Program-made: the position numbers and the translations under genes
Assembly: GCF_001194135.2 (NCBI RefSeq)
Contig: NC_069006.1
Coordinates: 100,617-164,616, forward strand
Reading direction: 5' to 3'
Source: Octopus bimaculoides
Lineage: Eukaryota
Length of the DNA stretch: 64,000 bases
In this document: one piece after another, positions 39,670 to 52,550 of the stretch
Layout of the letters: the number at the start of each line of letters is the position of its first letter
How positions within the stretch are numbered: the first letter of the stretch is position 1
Notes under the pieces: model-generated
Seen by the model: only the letters and a program-made list of their open reading frames with translations
Databases searched by the model: none
What the model was told of the DNA's origin: nothing

Positions 39670-40686
39670 GTGAGAGCAATTAAATCTATAATTATAATTA
39701 TAATCATAATTTCCAGCATTGAAAAGGGACATTAAAAGATAATGATGACGAAAAATATAATTAACCCATTTGTTAGCATATTTCTTTTGAAACTCAGCTC
39801 ATTTGTTTAATTTTTCTTAAAAATAACGAGGAATTTAGTATCTTTTACTTGTTTCACTTATTTGACTACAACAATGCTGGGGCACTACCTTAAAGGGTTT
39901 TAGTTGAACAAATCGACTCTAGGGCTTATTTTTTAAGCCTAGTACTTACTCTGTTGGTCTCCTTGGCCAAACCGTTAAGTGGTGGAGATGTAAACACACC
40001 AACACCAATTGTCAAGTGGTGGCAGGAGACAAACACACACACACACACATAGACACATGTATATATATATATATATAAATTGTAAATGTAAAAATAAAAA
40101 CAAAAACACAAAGGATTCTGCGGTACACGTGTTTCAAGCTTTATATCAGTGTATAATTGACAGTATAAAGCTATCTTCAGCCGCAAATGTATTCTCTCCC
40201 AAGAATTATATCACATAGAAGTTATCACATATATATATATATATATATGAAACATCATTTAATGTCTGCTTTCTATGCTGGCATGGGTAAGATGATTTGA
40301 CTGGAACTGGCAAGCCAGAGAGCTGCACCAGGTTCCAGTCTAATTTGGTATGGTTTCTGCAGCTGGATGCCCTTTCTAATGCCAACCACTCTGAGAGTGT
40401 AATGGGTGCTTTTATATATATGGCAGGCTTGTTTCAGTTTCCATCTACCAAATTTACTCACTTTAGTCAGCCCAAGGCCATAGTAGAAGTCACTTGCTCA
40501 AGGTGCCATGCAGTGGGACTGAACATAGAATGATGTGGTCGGAAAGCAAGCTTCAGATTTGGTATTTGGAACATAACAAGAAATTCTGATGGAGAGTTTT
40601 AACCCTTTCGTTACCAACCCGATGAGAATGGCTCCTTAGTACATCACACAGTCGATACAATAAATATAAATAGAATGATGCATATA

Positions 40687-41515
40687 TGTACCAGAGGGAG
40701 ATAAGAGACACAACTGGGTAGAATGTTTAAGAGAAGATTTACTGATATTTTAACATGTGTGATTGTGTGTGCGTCATATGTACAGAATAATAGACAGGCC
40801 ATCATGAGAACAATGTGTATGCGTGTTAAGAACATACAAGGATGGCAGTGAAGAAGAGACAGGGAAAGAGTCTGTAGCCATTGAAGTGAGGAGGAAGTTC
40901 GTAGACACAAGAATGATAGATACCAGGTCGTAGTCAATTGCACACGACAGTTGAAATACTGTATCAAGAAGTTGTGGCGATGATGCAGAGCCGGTTGCTG
41001 TAAATGTTGTACGTGAAGTTGTGGTTGTGATGCTGCTGCCTGGGTCACTTGGTACAGGAGTTCTCGCAGGTTGTATATTCACTGTTGATCCATGGTGAAG
41101 TAATTCACAAAGAGTGGAGTGTTGGAACTGGGGTGAGTTGCTTGTTGAGTTGTGTACGTAGAGAGTTGGTGACGACGGAGATGGAGGTCACCGAATGCTG
41201 ATGGACGAAGTTGGTGGTTCTCCACGTAGCTGCTGTTGTGTTGTCGCTGGAACTGGCTGTGTCTTGTGTGGTCAGTGGCTAGACCTTAAAAGGTCTGGAA
41301 CCGAAAGCCCTCGAGATGAGAAGCTGGGTTGTAGGCCCAAAATTGAGTTGAGAACGCGCTGACGTGACCTTATTTAGGGGCTTTGATTAGTTATACACTG
41401 CGTATTGGCATAGGAGACAAATTGCACCAATGCCAACCAATCAGAGTAGTGGACACAACGAGGTGCTAAATGCAGCCAAAGGCTAGCTGTTATCTACTAT
41501 GTTCGCATCTATACA
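40687..41515 (-). mobile_element. Probable solo LTR (829 bp)
   Basis: Begins TGTA and ends TACA; flanked on both sides by TATA (40683-86, 41516-19); TATA-like CCCCTAAATAAGG on the minus strand (~41368-41380); GC-richer than its flanks; no convincing ORF. Confidence 0.6.
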
Positions 41516-43302
41516 TATAATAGAGAGGAGAAGAATTTCACTCGAGTGTACGCTACACATGTATTGGAGTCACTCTGAGACAAAAGTTGTGCAATAGAAT
41601 TAAGAACCTTTTCTTCAATTGTCGTCCAAAAATCACATTAATATGTCAATAAATAAAATAGTTACAGTTGTTTAATAAAACCAGTCTAAATTCATGATGA
41701 TTTTAGAATTTAATTGAAACCCATAAGGGGTTTGTTTTACTTAGAAATATGGGAATGAAAAGGATAAATTAAAATACCTTTAACACTTCTGTTATCTTAT
41801 TTCTGTTGAAATTCACTGCCTTTTGTTTTTTAATTTTACTAAAACTACCTTTCTTTTTATGAATCTGGTGTTTGGGACCTAAATTTTATAATGGAATTTT
41901 GATGAAGTTTCATCCTTTTGAGTGCATATTTTACGACTGGATTTGGTAGGCAGAAACTGAAAGAAGCCTGTTGTATATGTGTATGCACATGTGCTAATCC
42001 ATTCATTTCACTTTGTAAACATGTGTGAAGGAATGCGTAAAAGGTATTTGGCTCACAACCATAGAGTTGTGAGTTCAATTCCTGGCTGCATGCTGTGTCC
42101 TTTATGTCATGTCGTCCCAGTTGACTCATTTGGCAAAAATGAGTTATACTTGTATTTCAAAGGGGCCAGCCTTGCCACATTCTGTTTTACACTGGAGAAC
42201 TATGTTAAATGTATGCATGCCTGTGGAGTGCTCAGCCACTTGTAGACTGTTCCATTGATCGGATCAACTGAAACCTTTGCCATTGTAATCCATGGAGTGC
42301 CAGTTTTGACACAGTAAATACATTGCCCCTTACTTTGGGGTCATCAAATAGGTCACGCTAATCTGGGTAGTTACATGACCCCCTTTTTTTTTTACATAAA
42401 TGTAACTAATATTTGTTAATTATTATCAAATATTCAACTCTACTTCAAAATTTTGCTTTGTGGAAGTGATGTTATGAAAGTAGTCTAATAGATAAGTCTC
42501 AGCTTCATAAGAAAAATGTTCAGAAATACAAATGGAACAGAAAAAAAGTTACATAAGAAAAATGTTTATTCATTTAGATATAATTATTAAACTTCATCAG
42601 GACTGAAACCCCAAAATTCTTCTTTGTCATCATCACTCAAACAATTCTTTTCATTTGTTCGTCAGTCGTCTACTTCAGATCCTTGTGATATCGAGTGGAT
42701 AGGTCACACCCCTGATTTTTATTGAATTTTTGGTAAAAAAAAATTGTGAATTATCCACAAGTAATCGTGTACAAGATTACTGTCTAACCTTTTAGAATTC
42801 AGATTATTGTGTCAGATTCAATGCTTATTTATAAACATTGTTTTGAATTAATCCTGTTATTATCTTGTAGCTTTGAGATTTCAATTATGTAATTGTGAGG
42901 AGCCGGATCTGGATGGGTAGAATATTCAGATTGGATAAAACTACTTTAACTCTTTAAGCATTTAGATCCCTCTTTGTCAAATGTTTTACTTATTCATTCA
43001 CCTTGTTTTGAATTAATCATGCATTATCTTGTAGCTTTGAGATTTTGACGAGGTAACTTAACTTTTCAAACGATATTGAAGGGTTGGTATGAGAAGCCAG
43101 ATCTGGCTGGATTGAACATTATAAATAGTGTAAAACAGGTGGAATATCTGGGCTAGTTTAACCCTTTAGAATTCAGATTATTCTGCCAAATACAATGCTG
43201 GACATGGCCAGCTGAAATGCGAAGAGGTTAAACTGTTTTTCTGTTTATATTATTTTAAAATTGTTCCATTTCCTTCATCTTGTTGTTGCTGATCCATTTC
43301 AG

Positions 43303-43396
43303 TTTTTGTGGTTTCCTGAAGACTTGGCTGCCTTTCCTCATAGTTTTTTCGGTAATCTTGATTCTAATCCTGCTTTCACATTACAACATGATGTAA
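43303..43396 (+). CDS. TMEM222: TMEM222 terminal exon (FCGFLKTWLPFLIVFSVILILILLSHYNMM*)
   Basis: Matches the FVKTWLPF motif plus a C-terminal TM helix; acceptor catttcag, phase 2, TAA stop. Confidence 0.93.
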
Positions 43397-43533
43397 AGAA
43401 TGAGAGTGGAACCAAAGATGCTGCCATCAATACCACCAACTTTCAGAGAATGTTTTGTTTTGTTCTTGTTGTTTATTGTTCTACATGGTGTGGTGGGAGA
43501 ATTGCCTCCCCTTCTAATGTAAATAATGAAAAC

Positions 43534-43565
<32 letters not shown>

Positions 43566-45403
43566 CCCCACAATCCACTAACCGACCTGCAAACAAGTAA
43601 CTTGCCTTAGGTCACACCTAAACATCTTTAAAGGAAAGCAAGACACACACAGGATAACGTAGTTCCAGGTGTGCTATGTGTTTGAAAGACAGGCTGGTCC
43701 TGATTGGAACACTTTTGAACTGATGAATCAGAGCTGATCTCGGACGGTTAATAACAGCAACGATAAAGAAGGTCACATTAAATGATGTAGTCCTAGACAG
43801 ACCATGTTTGAATAAATGAGAGGAAGGTCACAGCTGGCATGCCTTATGATCAGAGAGTTTGACCTGAGGCTGAAGGACACACTATTCATCTAGTCTTGGA
43901 CATGACAGGATGGTCTCGGCTGGAATGTCTTTCGTGATAGGTCTGCTGAATTGGCTGAGCCAAGCTGAAGCTTTAAACAATAACAACCAAGAATGGTACA
44001 TTAGGTGATGTAATCCTAGATGCACTGTCACAGCTGGGACATCTTGGACTGAAGGTCAGTAAGTCAGAGCTAAATCTGGGGTGCTAGACAACAACAACAA
44101 GAACAACATATTGTATAAATAAATAAAAGCTATATACATAACTTAAATTTTTTTTTTTTCCAATAAATCAATATTTAAAATATTTCAAGAACTGATCTGA
44201 ACTCTAAAAAAAACTTTATGATGATGCGAATAATAATGATAATGCTGATGAAATGACTTTATGAACTAAAAATTCTATATTTTCTAACAAATGAAATGAT
44301 TTTTTTTTTTTTACTTATTTAATGTTTATTATTAAAAAAAATTTTTTTTTTTGCAATTTCAATATTTAAACTATAAAAATTGTTTTTTATTTTTAACATG
44401 TGGTTATTATTATTGTTAAGACAGTGAGCTGGCAGAATTGTTAGCACGCCGGACGGAATGCTTAGCAGTATTTCACTCGTCGCTACATTCTGAGTTCAAA
44501 TTCTACCAAGGTTGACTTTGCTTTTCTTCCTTTCGGTGTCGATAAATTAAGTACCAGTTACGCACTGGGGTCGATTCAATTGACTCATCCTCACCTCCCC
44601 CAAGCTGCCCTTGTGGTAAAAATTTGAAATAATTGTTATTATGTTGTTAACAAAAAAAAAATATGCAGATGAAACACCTCTCTATACATAGTAGAGTACA
44701 ATTTATTAAATATATACAGGTGTGGCTGTGCAGTGAGAAGTTTACTTCCCAACCACAGGGTTCTAGGTTCAGTCCTACTGTGTGGTACCTTGGACAAGTG
44801 TCTTCTATTACAGCCTTGTGAGTGGATTTGGTAGACGGAAACTGAAAGAAGCCCGTCGTATTTATGTGTGTGTTTGTCCCCCCCCCACCATCCCTTGGCA
44901 ACCAATGTTGGTGTGTTTACATCCCCATAACTTAGCGGTTCAGCAAAAGAGACTGAATAGATTAGTACTAGGCTTACAAAGAATAAGTCCTAGGGTTGAG
45001 TTCTTCGATTAAAACCCTTTAAGGCAGTGCTCCAGCATGGCCCACAGTCAAATGACTGAAACAAAAATATATATATATCAATCACCATATCTAACAGACT
45101 TTTGAATATTGTCTTACACCACTGGTCACAGTGTGCTTCCTCACATTGTTGTCAATTTTGAATGATGACAAACCAATGGCGTTTGACCAGCCCCTGTCCA
45201 ACCATGCCAGCATGGAAAACGGATGTTAAATAAGGATGATGATATAAAAGGAGGAAAAGAATAAAGAACAACAATCCATAGCAAAGCCAGGTTGCATAAA
45301 ATATATATTTATAACAAATAATATACATAAAAAAAAGAAAAATGTCAACAGTGGTCCCCCTTTCATTGATTGAATGTCCTGTATTTCATTGAGGCATGGT
45401 GCC

Positions 45404-46060
45404 TTATGACGAGGATACTTTCACCTCAGCCAGAGCCAAAACGTTCTTCTCTTGCAACAGTTCTTGGTATTGCATCTGAAGTTTCTGCATCTTCAATTGG
45501 AGGTTGGCCAATTCCACACAAGCATCGACAGCAGATTTGTAGTTTTTCTGTGAATAACGCAAGCTTTGTGGTACCAAAACGCCAAACCAGTTCAAAGGAT
45601 CTTTACATGTGGACTTCTGTTTTTTAGTCTTGTTTGAGTCCTTATCATTGGATTTCTTGTCGCCTGGCATCTTTTCTTGTCTTCCATTCTCGTTGTTGTC
45701 TTCATTAACATTGGGGCCATCATTACTGCTCTTTCCTACATTACGTTTTCGCAAGGTATCTGTAGTGTGAGTCTGTGTGTGATGCCTGCTGACATCAGAC
45801 ATAAGTGCAAAAACCGTTTCCAAGCCATCTCCAGAGCATTGTACTTGGGTGGATGCTTGCATTTCGCGTTCTGTGATTTTTAAGGAGCTTATTGATGTCA
45901 CTCCACGGATATAACGTGCACGGGACATGTGTAGGTTACCAGACTTCAGATTCTCGTCCAGTATGGCCTGGCATTGGTAATATTTATCTAATACGTCGAA
46001 GAATTCCAAAAGAACTTTGTCAATGCGCTCCGAAAGAGCATGTATTTCTGATGATGGCAT
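45404..46060 (-). CDS. CCDC115: Coiled-coil domain-containing protein 115 / V-ATPase assembly factor Vma22 (218 aa from the ATG at 46060; possibly with an extra Met from an upstream exon ending 46255-46257)
   Basis: Vma22/CCDC115 motifs L..G...MSRARY..G and DPLNWFGVLVPQSLR..Q..Y..AV...VELAN. The ATG sits directly after an acceptor (catttttcag); a candidate upstream donor ATG|GTGAGC lies at 46254. The longer start in the ORF track is intronic. Confidence 0.93.
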   Translation of the reverse strand: MPSSEIHALSERIDKVLLEFFDVLDKYYQCQAILDENLKSGNLHMSRARYIRGVTSISSLKITEREMQASTQVQCSGDGLETVFALMSDVSRHHTQTHTTDTLRKRNVGKSSNDGPNVNEDNNENGRQEKMPGDKKSNDKDSNKTKKQKSTCKDPLNWFGVLVPQSLRYSQKNYKSAVDACVELANLQLKMQKLQMQYQELLQEKNVLALAEVKVSSS

Positions 46061-46859
46061 CTGAAAAATGTGGAACAGAAGAAGAAAAGTTAGGATGATA
46101 AAAGAGTTTAACAAAAGATCATTTCATTTAGATTTGACAAACTTTCTCTCTTTTTCTCTTTCTGTCTCTTTATCTTAATTTCTGAATCTATCTATTATGT
46201 CTCTCTCTCTCTCTCTTTAAGGTATGGATGAATTAAGTTTAGCTGTACGCTCACCATTCTTATAAACACTGAGTATCTATTTAACTCGCTTTGTGATCGT
46301 GAGTGCACCAAACCATGTGTGTGCGTATGCTTACATTTTCACGTATGCTTGTATGAGTGAGTGTACATGTGCCATGCAGCTTGTGCCAGGGCATTTATAC
46401 ATTCATATTTGTTGACAGTTATTTTTAATACTTTTCTCGCTGTATTGCATCTGCGTTTCTTTTTTGCGTCTGTGATTTTATTTTTGATCTGTTATATAAA
46501 TGAAGGTATTTCCTACATTTCACTGCTTTTCTTTCTACGAATTGAGAAGATACATTGCAGAACTGTTATTTTAATGAGTTGCATCTATTTATTACCCAAT
46601 GAGACACATCTGCACTGTTGGATGCTCCTGAACCAGTTGTTAAGTGTCCCACATACAAGGGATTGATGCTAGATGTGTTGAAATGTGTTGTGATTCATGA
46701 TTAAAATTCTCATATAGTCCATCTTATATATATATATATATATATATATAGATATATATATATTACTATTTTGTTCAGGTGGACCCCCATCACCATACGA
46801 TGTTTAAAAACTAGTTTTATAGAATGTTATTTATTAACTAGCTGGCCCTGAACTTGTCC

Positions 46860-48000
46860 TCTCACTTAACTGCTTCTCGTTTGCAGGTGATTTTTACCAG
46901 CAGCTCTTGGGAGTGGCCATGAGAATGAGAATGGGCCCCAACTATGCGAACCTGTTTGTTGGCTACATTGAGGCCCAAATATTCTCAAGTTTCACTGGTC
47001 CCACTCCCAAACTATATGACCATTATATTGACTACTGTATCTGTGCAACCTCACTCTCCTGGGAACATCTTGACTCTTTCCTCTCTTTTGTCAAATCTTT
47101 CCATCCTGCCCTCCACTTCTCCTGCACTATTTCCGACACCTCAGTCGCCTTTCTTGACATTTCGGTCAGCATTCATCCCTCCACTCTCACCCCCTCCATC
47201 CACTACAAACACACACACTCACACTCATACCTCAACTTCTCCTCCTCCCACCCTAAACACACCAAGCTCTCCATTCCCTATTCCCAATTCCTCTCTCTAC
47301 GCAGGCACTGCAGTGACAACCATGACTTTGAGACTCAGTCTCAACTCATAGCTTGCCACTTCATCCTATGTGGATATCCCCTCACCACTATCCACACTGC
47401 CCTTGCCAGAGTACATTCCGTGGACCGTGCATCTGCTCTCTCCCCTCACACCCGTCTCCTGTTTCCCCTCACCTACCACCCNNNNNNNNNNNNNNNNNNN
47501 NNNNNNNNNNNNNNNNNNNNNNNNNNNNNNNNNNNNNNNNNNNNNNNNNNNNNNNNNNNNNNNNNNNNNNNNNNNNNNNNNNNNNNNNNNNNNNNNNNNN
47601 NNNNNNNNNNNNNNNNNNNNNNNNNNNNNNNNNNNNNNNNNNNNNNNNNNNNNNNNNNNNNNNNNNNNNNNNNNNNNNNNNNNNNNNNNNNNNNNNNNNN
47701 NNNNNNNNNCCTCAACGCCCCCCCATCATCGACCCCTATCATATCACTGACTCCTTCACCTGCTCTTCTAGCAACATCAGTCACACGGGACACCATTTGG
47801 CTGACTGGTTTGTGGAACACCTCTGAGACATCCGACTCGGCAACGACACCCTGGTCTCGTGCCATTTCTGCTCTACCGGTCACTCTTTACATCTGTCTGT
47901 GTTTGTATTGTCCTTGCACAGGGGTCATCTGGACTCCCATCTTTGCCATAAGCAAGGATTAATCTTCTCTCTTCGCTCCTTTGTGCCACACGGACTCAAC
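46860..48000 (+). mobile_element. Penelope-like element fragment (RT domains 5-7/thumb and GIY-YIG remnant), degenerate
   Basis: GVAMxxxMGPNYANLFVG, FLDI, YLNFSSSHPKHTKLSIPYSQFL.LRRHCS; after the gap FTCSSSN...TG..LAD.F.EHL. Confidence 0.88.
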
Positions 48001-48127
48001 TCTCTTCCCCTCTTCATCTAAACCTCCTCCTCTTTCCTCTCACACCTCTCCTCTCTTGCTCTGGCACCTACTTCCTCTCTTCCCTCCTACCCACCTTCTC
48101 CCTTCATCGTAGCAGACAACATAATTG

Positions 48128-48443
48128 TGAGACTGACTCACTTTCCAGCTGGTTTGCTCATTTTCAGTTGCGAACAACTGGTCGCCAGAGTCCGCTCCAG
48201 CTAGCAATATGTTGTAAACAAAGCGACCATCGGTCACTGATTTGCAACAAACAAAATAGCTAGATGTAAAATCACGCCAAGAGATGAGAGTAGTAACTAT
48301 AGTAACAAGTAAAGCTACCCATTACATGAAAGCGATCAATGGGTGCTTTGTTATATTGCTATATTGCTAGCTGGAGCAGACTCTGGCGATTAGGTGTTCG
48401 TAACCGAAGATGAGCAAACTAGTTCAAAACTGAGTCAGTTTCA
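48128..48443. mobile_element. MITE-like inverted repeat, 83-bp arms (70/83 identical)
   Basis: 48128-48210 aligns without gaps to the reverse complement of 48361-48443; no clear TSD. Confidence 0.7.
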
Positions 48444-49192
48444 TGATCCTGTCGTCTGCTGGGGGATGGTAGGGGTTCGCTCTCCTGCTAGCAGTATATA
48501 TGTACAGGGTGCAGGGCTGCACTGATAACCAGCTGGTGGAAGATCTCTGCCTGGGGTTAAACTAGGAGTAACATGGAACAGCCACTTTGATGTGGTGATC
48601 AACTTTGCTTGTTTATTAATGTTTCTCACACATTGACTTGCGTAGGTTGAAGTCTGTAAAATGCTAGAGAAAGGAACCAAGATGTTTCTCTCAATCCATA
48701 CCAGCTGAAGCAAGATATTTGCAGGGCCCTTAAAATACTGTTGTGGATCCCCAATTTGCTATTTTGTTGCATGGAGCCCTCAAAATCTTATATGGATCCC
48801 GGTTAAGAACCACTGAGTTACATAGAATTCGTTGGGGGTGGGTTTTCTAAGGCCAGATGCTTTTCCTGCCACCAACATTTCCCAGTTTCCAAGTAAGGTA
48901 ATATTTCTCCTTAGGAAGATGTGTTTCCACACGAGAATGGAGACAAAGAAGACTATTTGTATGACAGTGACACTCACATACAACAATCTCACAATGTCAA
49001 CACACGGTGGCACAAACACAGACACACGCACACATATGATTATCAACAAGCAATGCCGAAGAAGGGATGATCATGGTTAGAATACCTTTGACTCTGCTCT
49101 CATCTCGGCCTAATAAAACAGCATCAAATATCATTTCAGTCTGCCTCACAAGATTTCTGCTCCAAGTTTCCTGCTTACCTTTAAACTTGATT

Positions 49193-50686
49193 TCACTCAC
49201 ATCCGCATGGGTTGCCACAGTTCATGTTGTCAGCCCACATACGTGACAATTCCTCCGCGGTGAGATCCGGCATGGAAAACATGTCAGGGGAGCAAGTTTT
49301 TGTACAATGCCATCGCTGGTCATCCACAGTGACTGGACCAAAAGCTGCTGCTAACCAAATGCCCATCGTCACATCTTCCCCCTGATAAACTTTCAAGTAA
49401 TCAGAAGAGTTTGCGAGCCATTGACTAATATCTGACGTGATTACATTACCAGATCCACAAGCAAATTTCGGATACACCACAGAATCATAGAGCCATTCGG
49501 CCCATTTGCCATATCTGTCAACTGCCCAGTTGGAACGGAATTTACCAAACCAAAATGTTTTATACTCGATGCTGTCTAAATGCTTTAGAATTTGCTTCAA
49601 ATTAAGAAAACAATCATCATCAGATTTCAATACATAAGAATATGTGTGCCATTTCATCAGCTTTTTCTGAGCTAGAAGCAACTTGTTTGCCAAATTTCTG
49701 TACACATCTATCTGTTGAACAACCATTAAATCAGAAAATTTGTTTTTCTCTTCTAATAAACGTTGTTCTTCTATCCATTTTTCTGCCGTCCATTTCTTGT
49801 GTCGTTCAGGACGACTTGTTATATGCCTCTCCAAATCTCCAAAATCATCTATGTCATAGATGAAATTCGTAGCCAGTTGCGACCAGCAACGTATGTTGGG
49901 GTTGCTTTGATAAAAGTAAATAACAGTGTCACTATCTGGAGGTAAGCAAAACACTGCCGAGATGTTGTTTATGTTACCAGAATACGAGATATCTGTGTTT
50001 TCAGGAATATCAAGCATTAGAATTCCTTCAAAGTCTTTTGGAAGAAGAAAAGCCTCCACAGGTTGGTAGTAAAAATTGTTTTGCAGAATACCAGAGTCAA
50101 TATCACTGAAGTGAACACGGACAACTTCTTCTTGGTTGGCACCATTTAGTAGCACTACAGGAATCCGTGGCAGACTGGCATCAGCTTTAATTGACTCATG
50201 AAGGCCAAATTTCCGAATAATGATTGGATGAAGAATACGGAAAGCTATAAAGAGTTTTAAACGAGGGTATCTGGATGCAGTCAATTCTAAACCGACAGGT
50301 TGAGGCTCTAGGATGTTACCTTGATGTGACTTCTTATTATCATCTACTGAGCTGATTAAAGCTTCTTGATTGGTAATTTGCAAGTGAGTAGCCTGAGGTG
50401 TCCAAGGACAGCATGAGTATGCGTCCACTCTGTCTTCTGTGGGAAATGGACATGATTTATCTCCAACCACAAAATACACTTTAATTCTTCGGTAACCTAG
50501 TTCTCCAGATTCATTACATGCCCATGTATTTCTGATGATTGTTCGGTGGTCAAAGTTCTCTCTGGCTGAAGATACAAGAACAATTAGTTCAAAAGGAAGT
50601 TTGAAGTGATGTACATGGTAAAGTATGTAAGCCAGGAGAAAGAAGACAATTATCAAGGCATCAGATAAGTTCTTTGGAATCTCCAT
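49193..50686 (-). CDS. B3GALNT2: UDP-GalNAc:beta-1,3-N-acetylgalactosaminyltransferase 2 (GT31), 497 aa, intronless CDS
   Basis: N-terminal TM segment, SSARENFDHR.IIR.TW, C..P.EDR.D.YSC, LKSDDDCF (DxD), FR.NWAVDR.GKW.E..Y....YP.FACGSG.VI, YQGEDV.MGIW and C-terminal CG.PC.C, all characteristic of B3GALNT2. Confidence 0.96.
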   Translation of the reverse strand: MEIPKNLSDALIIVFFLLAYILYHVHHFKLPFELIVLVSSARENFDHRTIIRNTWACNESGELGYRRIKVYFVVGDKSCPFPTEDRVDAYSCCPWTPQATHLQITNQEALISSVDDNKKSHQGNILEPQPVGLELTASRYPRLKLFIAFRILHPIIIRKFGLHESIKADASLPRIPVVLLNGANQEEVVRVHFSDIDSGILQNNFYYQPVEAFLLPKDFEGILMLDIPENTDISYSGNINNISAVFCLPPDSDTVIYFYQSNPNIRCWSQLATNFIYDIDDFGDLERHITSRPERHKKWTAEKWIEEQRLLEEKNKFSDLMVVQQIDVYRNLANKLLLAQKKLMKWHTYSYVLKSDDDCFLNLKQILKHLDSIEYKTFWFGKFRSNWAVDRYGKWAEWLYDSVVYPKFACGSGNVITSDISQWLANSSDYLKVYQGEDVTMGIWLAAAFGPVTVDDQRWHCTKTCSPDMFSMPDLTAEELSRMWADNMNCGNPCGCE

Positions 50687-51409
50687 GGTAATATATTAGG
50701 GCAAGATTGATTGTCATACAATAATAAACGTTGGAGGAATTCACAGAAGAGTTTGGTAAGTTCATCAACTGCTGTGAAGAGTAAAGAATTTAATGCTTTA
50801 GATTCTTACCTTCTGTCTGAGAGCAAGGAAGACAGAGAGAAAATGAAAGTGATGTAGAATCCACTGTCCACAAACAAATGCTTTATTATGAGGAGTAGAA
50901 ATAGTCGAGTCGTGGGACAGCTTGAAGTCACAGGTGCTGTGCTGTAGTTCTGTGATTTCAAGGCACTCTTCTACAAAAACTGGCTAGTAGCTGGACAAGA
51001 GACAATAATTAAAACGTTGAACTACCTGGAAATTGATGTAAATTTTTGGTAAGATTATATAAGGTGCTAAAATCAGAATTCAGCTGGAGAACAAAAAAAA
51101 AAATATTTATCAGAATGACAAATTTACAAAAAGAAAAAAAAAAAAGACAACACCTACCTCACAAGAAAACAAAGAACCAAGAATAAGGCATACCTGTGCA
51201 GTTAAGAAGTTCGCTTTGCAACCACATGGTTTTGAGTTCATTCTCACTGCACAGCACCTTATACATGTATGTACATATTTGTGGTTGTCTCCCTAACCCC
51301 ATTGCCTGACAACCAGTGTTGATTTGTTTACGCTATCATAACATAGTGGTTCAGCAAATGAGACCAATTGAATAAGCACCGGTACTGGGGTTGATTTGTT
51401 TGACTAAAC

Positions 51410-51625
51410 CAGTGGTTCTCAGGCGGCCCTTAAGATTTTCTTGATAAAATTTATCCCCAATAAATTAGTTATACTTGTACAATGTACAAAATAGTTTAAT
51501 AATTGTTTTTATACAATCCCTAATAATATTGAATTATAAAGGGATTTTTCTAAACATGGAATGGTTAAGAGGGTAATGCAAGAATCAAGAGGGGTCCATA
51601 GGTAAAAAATGGTTGAGAAACACTG
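51410..51625. mobile_element. hAT-type MITE (216 bp) inserted into a SINE
   Basis: TIRs CAGTGGTTCTCA / TGAGAAACACTG; 8-bp TSD GACTAAAC / GACTAAAA. Confidence 0.75.
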
Positions 51626-51920
51626 GACTAAAATCCTTTAAGACACTGCTCCAGGATGGCCAAAGAGCAATGACTGAAAGAAATAGAAAAATGAAAAAGA
51701 AAAGATCTGAAAGAAGCCCATTGTATATGTATATGTAGGAGTGGCTGTGTGGTAAGAAGCTTGCTTACCAACCACATGGGTCTGGGTTCAGTTCCACTGT
51801 GTGACACCTTGAGCAAGTGTCTTCTACTATAGCCTTGGGCCAACCAAAGCCTTGTGAATTGATTTGGTAGATGGAAACTGAAAGAAGCCTGTCATATCTA
51901 TATGTGTGTGTATGTATGTG

Positions 51921-51968
<48 letters not shown>

Positions 51969-52321
51969 TTAACATAAATTAACATAAAATTTTGCCAGTA
52001 GGTTTTAATTTAAACCACTTTAAAGCAAAAAGTTTGTAATGTTGAATCAGGAGTGGTTTCAGGCAGGTTAGTATACAAAGCGCTAATGCATAATGCATAG
52101 ATACGTATTGTTTTGAATCTATCAAGTAAATATCTCAAGGTATGGATTCAGTTAAAGGCTTAACACAAAGAAATAAGAGACAACAGATGGAACAAAACAA
52201 AACAAACTATAGACAAATATTTACAATTGAGTTCAATGCACTGCATTAAAGGTTGGCCTACATACCAAGAACTGCAAAGTTTTATGTTATACATAAATGC
52301 CTTGAATTACACAAATCTCCT

Positions 52322-52550
52322 TCCTTGCCTACCTCACCTCTCTATCTATTTATCCAATCTATCTATCTATCTATCTATTTATCCAATCTATCTATCTATC
52401 CAATCTATCTATCTATCCAATCTATCTATCTATCTATCTATTTATCCAATCTATCTATCTATCTATCTATTTATCCAATCTATCTATCTATCTATCTATT
52501 TATCCAATCTATCTATCTATCTATCTATCTATCCAATCTATCTATCTAAT
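52322..52550. repeat. (TATC)n microsatellite with recurrent TTATCCAATC interruptions
   Basis: Direct reading. Confidence 0.93.

Noticed and set aside
46061-49192. Bicistronic or read-through B3GALNT2-CCDC115 transcript
   Set aside because: B3GALNT2 has a minus-strand AATAAA at 48612-48617, and CCDC115 has its own plausible upstream exon and donor (ATG|GTGAGC at 46254), so independent transcription is the simpler reading.
50772-50809. GT-AG intron just upstream of the B3GALNT2 ATG
   Set aside because: Only 38 nt, probably too short to splice; treated as 5' UTR.
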